Positions 63,711-64,000 of a stretch of 64,000 bases of DNA are shown here, piece by piece. The notes under the pieces were generated by a model. It was given only the letters and a program-made list of their open reading frames with translations. It ran no database searches and was not told the DNA's origin. Numbering within the stretch: the stretch's first letter is position 1; the number at the start of each line of letters is the position of its first letter. Source of the stretch: Neoechinorhynchus agilis (taxonomy: Eukaryota > Animalia > Acanthocephala); contig CM121341.1 in the NCBI GenBank assembly GCA_051530055.1, positions 10,828,784-10,892,783 on the forward strand, given 5' to 3'. Position numbers and translations under genes: made by a program.

Positions 63711-64000
63711 ATGCATTTTCGTAATCCTTATTTGGTGCTATATCCGCCTTCAATGACAAACGTTACGATGCCGGAGGTCCATACTCATCCGAGACCATAC
63801 TTCCATCCTTGTGATCAACAATATTCATTTCAAGCGATGCCACAATTTAATTACAAAATCCAAGCGAATCAACAAAACAATTTTGCGCCAAGAGTCTTCA
63901 ATGGATTCGTGAATTCCAGTCTGATTGGACTTTGTTTGCAGTTTTATAAGGGTATATTCGTCGATCTTTTGAAAAATGAGGAACTTTGCATGCATTATCT
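63711..64000 (+). CDS. Orphan ORF U, copy U5 (partial, runs off window)
   Basis: ATG at 63711; counterpart of U1 by position. Confidence 0.4.
   Translation, partial: MHFRNPYLVLYPPSMTNVTMPEVHTHPRPYFHPCDQQYSFQAMPQFNYKIQANQQNNFAPRVFNGFVNSSLIGLCLQFYKGIFVDLLKNEELCMHY

Larger units (their letters stand above)
56451..64000. repeat. Diverged outer arm: imperfect inverted copy of ~8034-15614
   Basis: ORF pairs with coordinate sum 72045 over 59477-62464 and amino-acid differences (MEDK/MGDK, EWTP/EESP, DQLN/DQPN); several indels of tens to hundreds of bp. Confidence 0.93.

Noticed and set aside
1-64000. Subtelomeric retrotransposon array (HeT-A/TART/TRAS-like) interpretation
   Set aside because: No telomeric repeat tracts found, and the elements are in mixed orientation rather than unidirectional head-to-tail.

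Overview
AT-rich eukaryotic (probably invertebrate animal) repeat-dense DNA; the host cannot be named from sequence alone. The dominant structure is a spacerless inverted repeat folded between 36032 and 36033. Every ORF pair from about 15615 to 56450 has the same translation and the same coordinate sum (72065), giving two apparently identical 20.4-kb arms. Outside that, homology continues to the window end (about 8034-15614 vs 56451-64000) but with SNPs and indels. The content is a patchwork of retroelement pieces: four related APE-type LINE families (A-D), RTE, two CRE-like RLE elements, several Ty3/gypsy fragments and a tRNA-derived SINE head. One family-A LINE has an intact ORF1 and an ORF2 open for at least 819 codons off the window edge, which the ORF track missed. 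Non-TE cargo comprises an intronless 5'-truncated SLC22-like transporter, a multi-copy orphan 163-aa ORF, two decayed orphan ORFs and a frameshifted remnant of a toti-like dsRNA virus RdRp (endogenous viral element). The perfect core may be real or a fold-back assembly artefact; only raw reads can decide. All translations were done by hand and no database searches were run.
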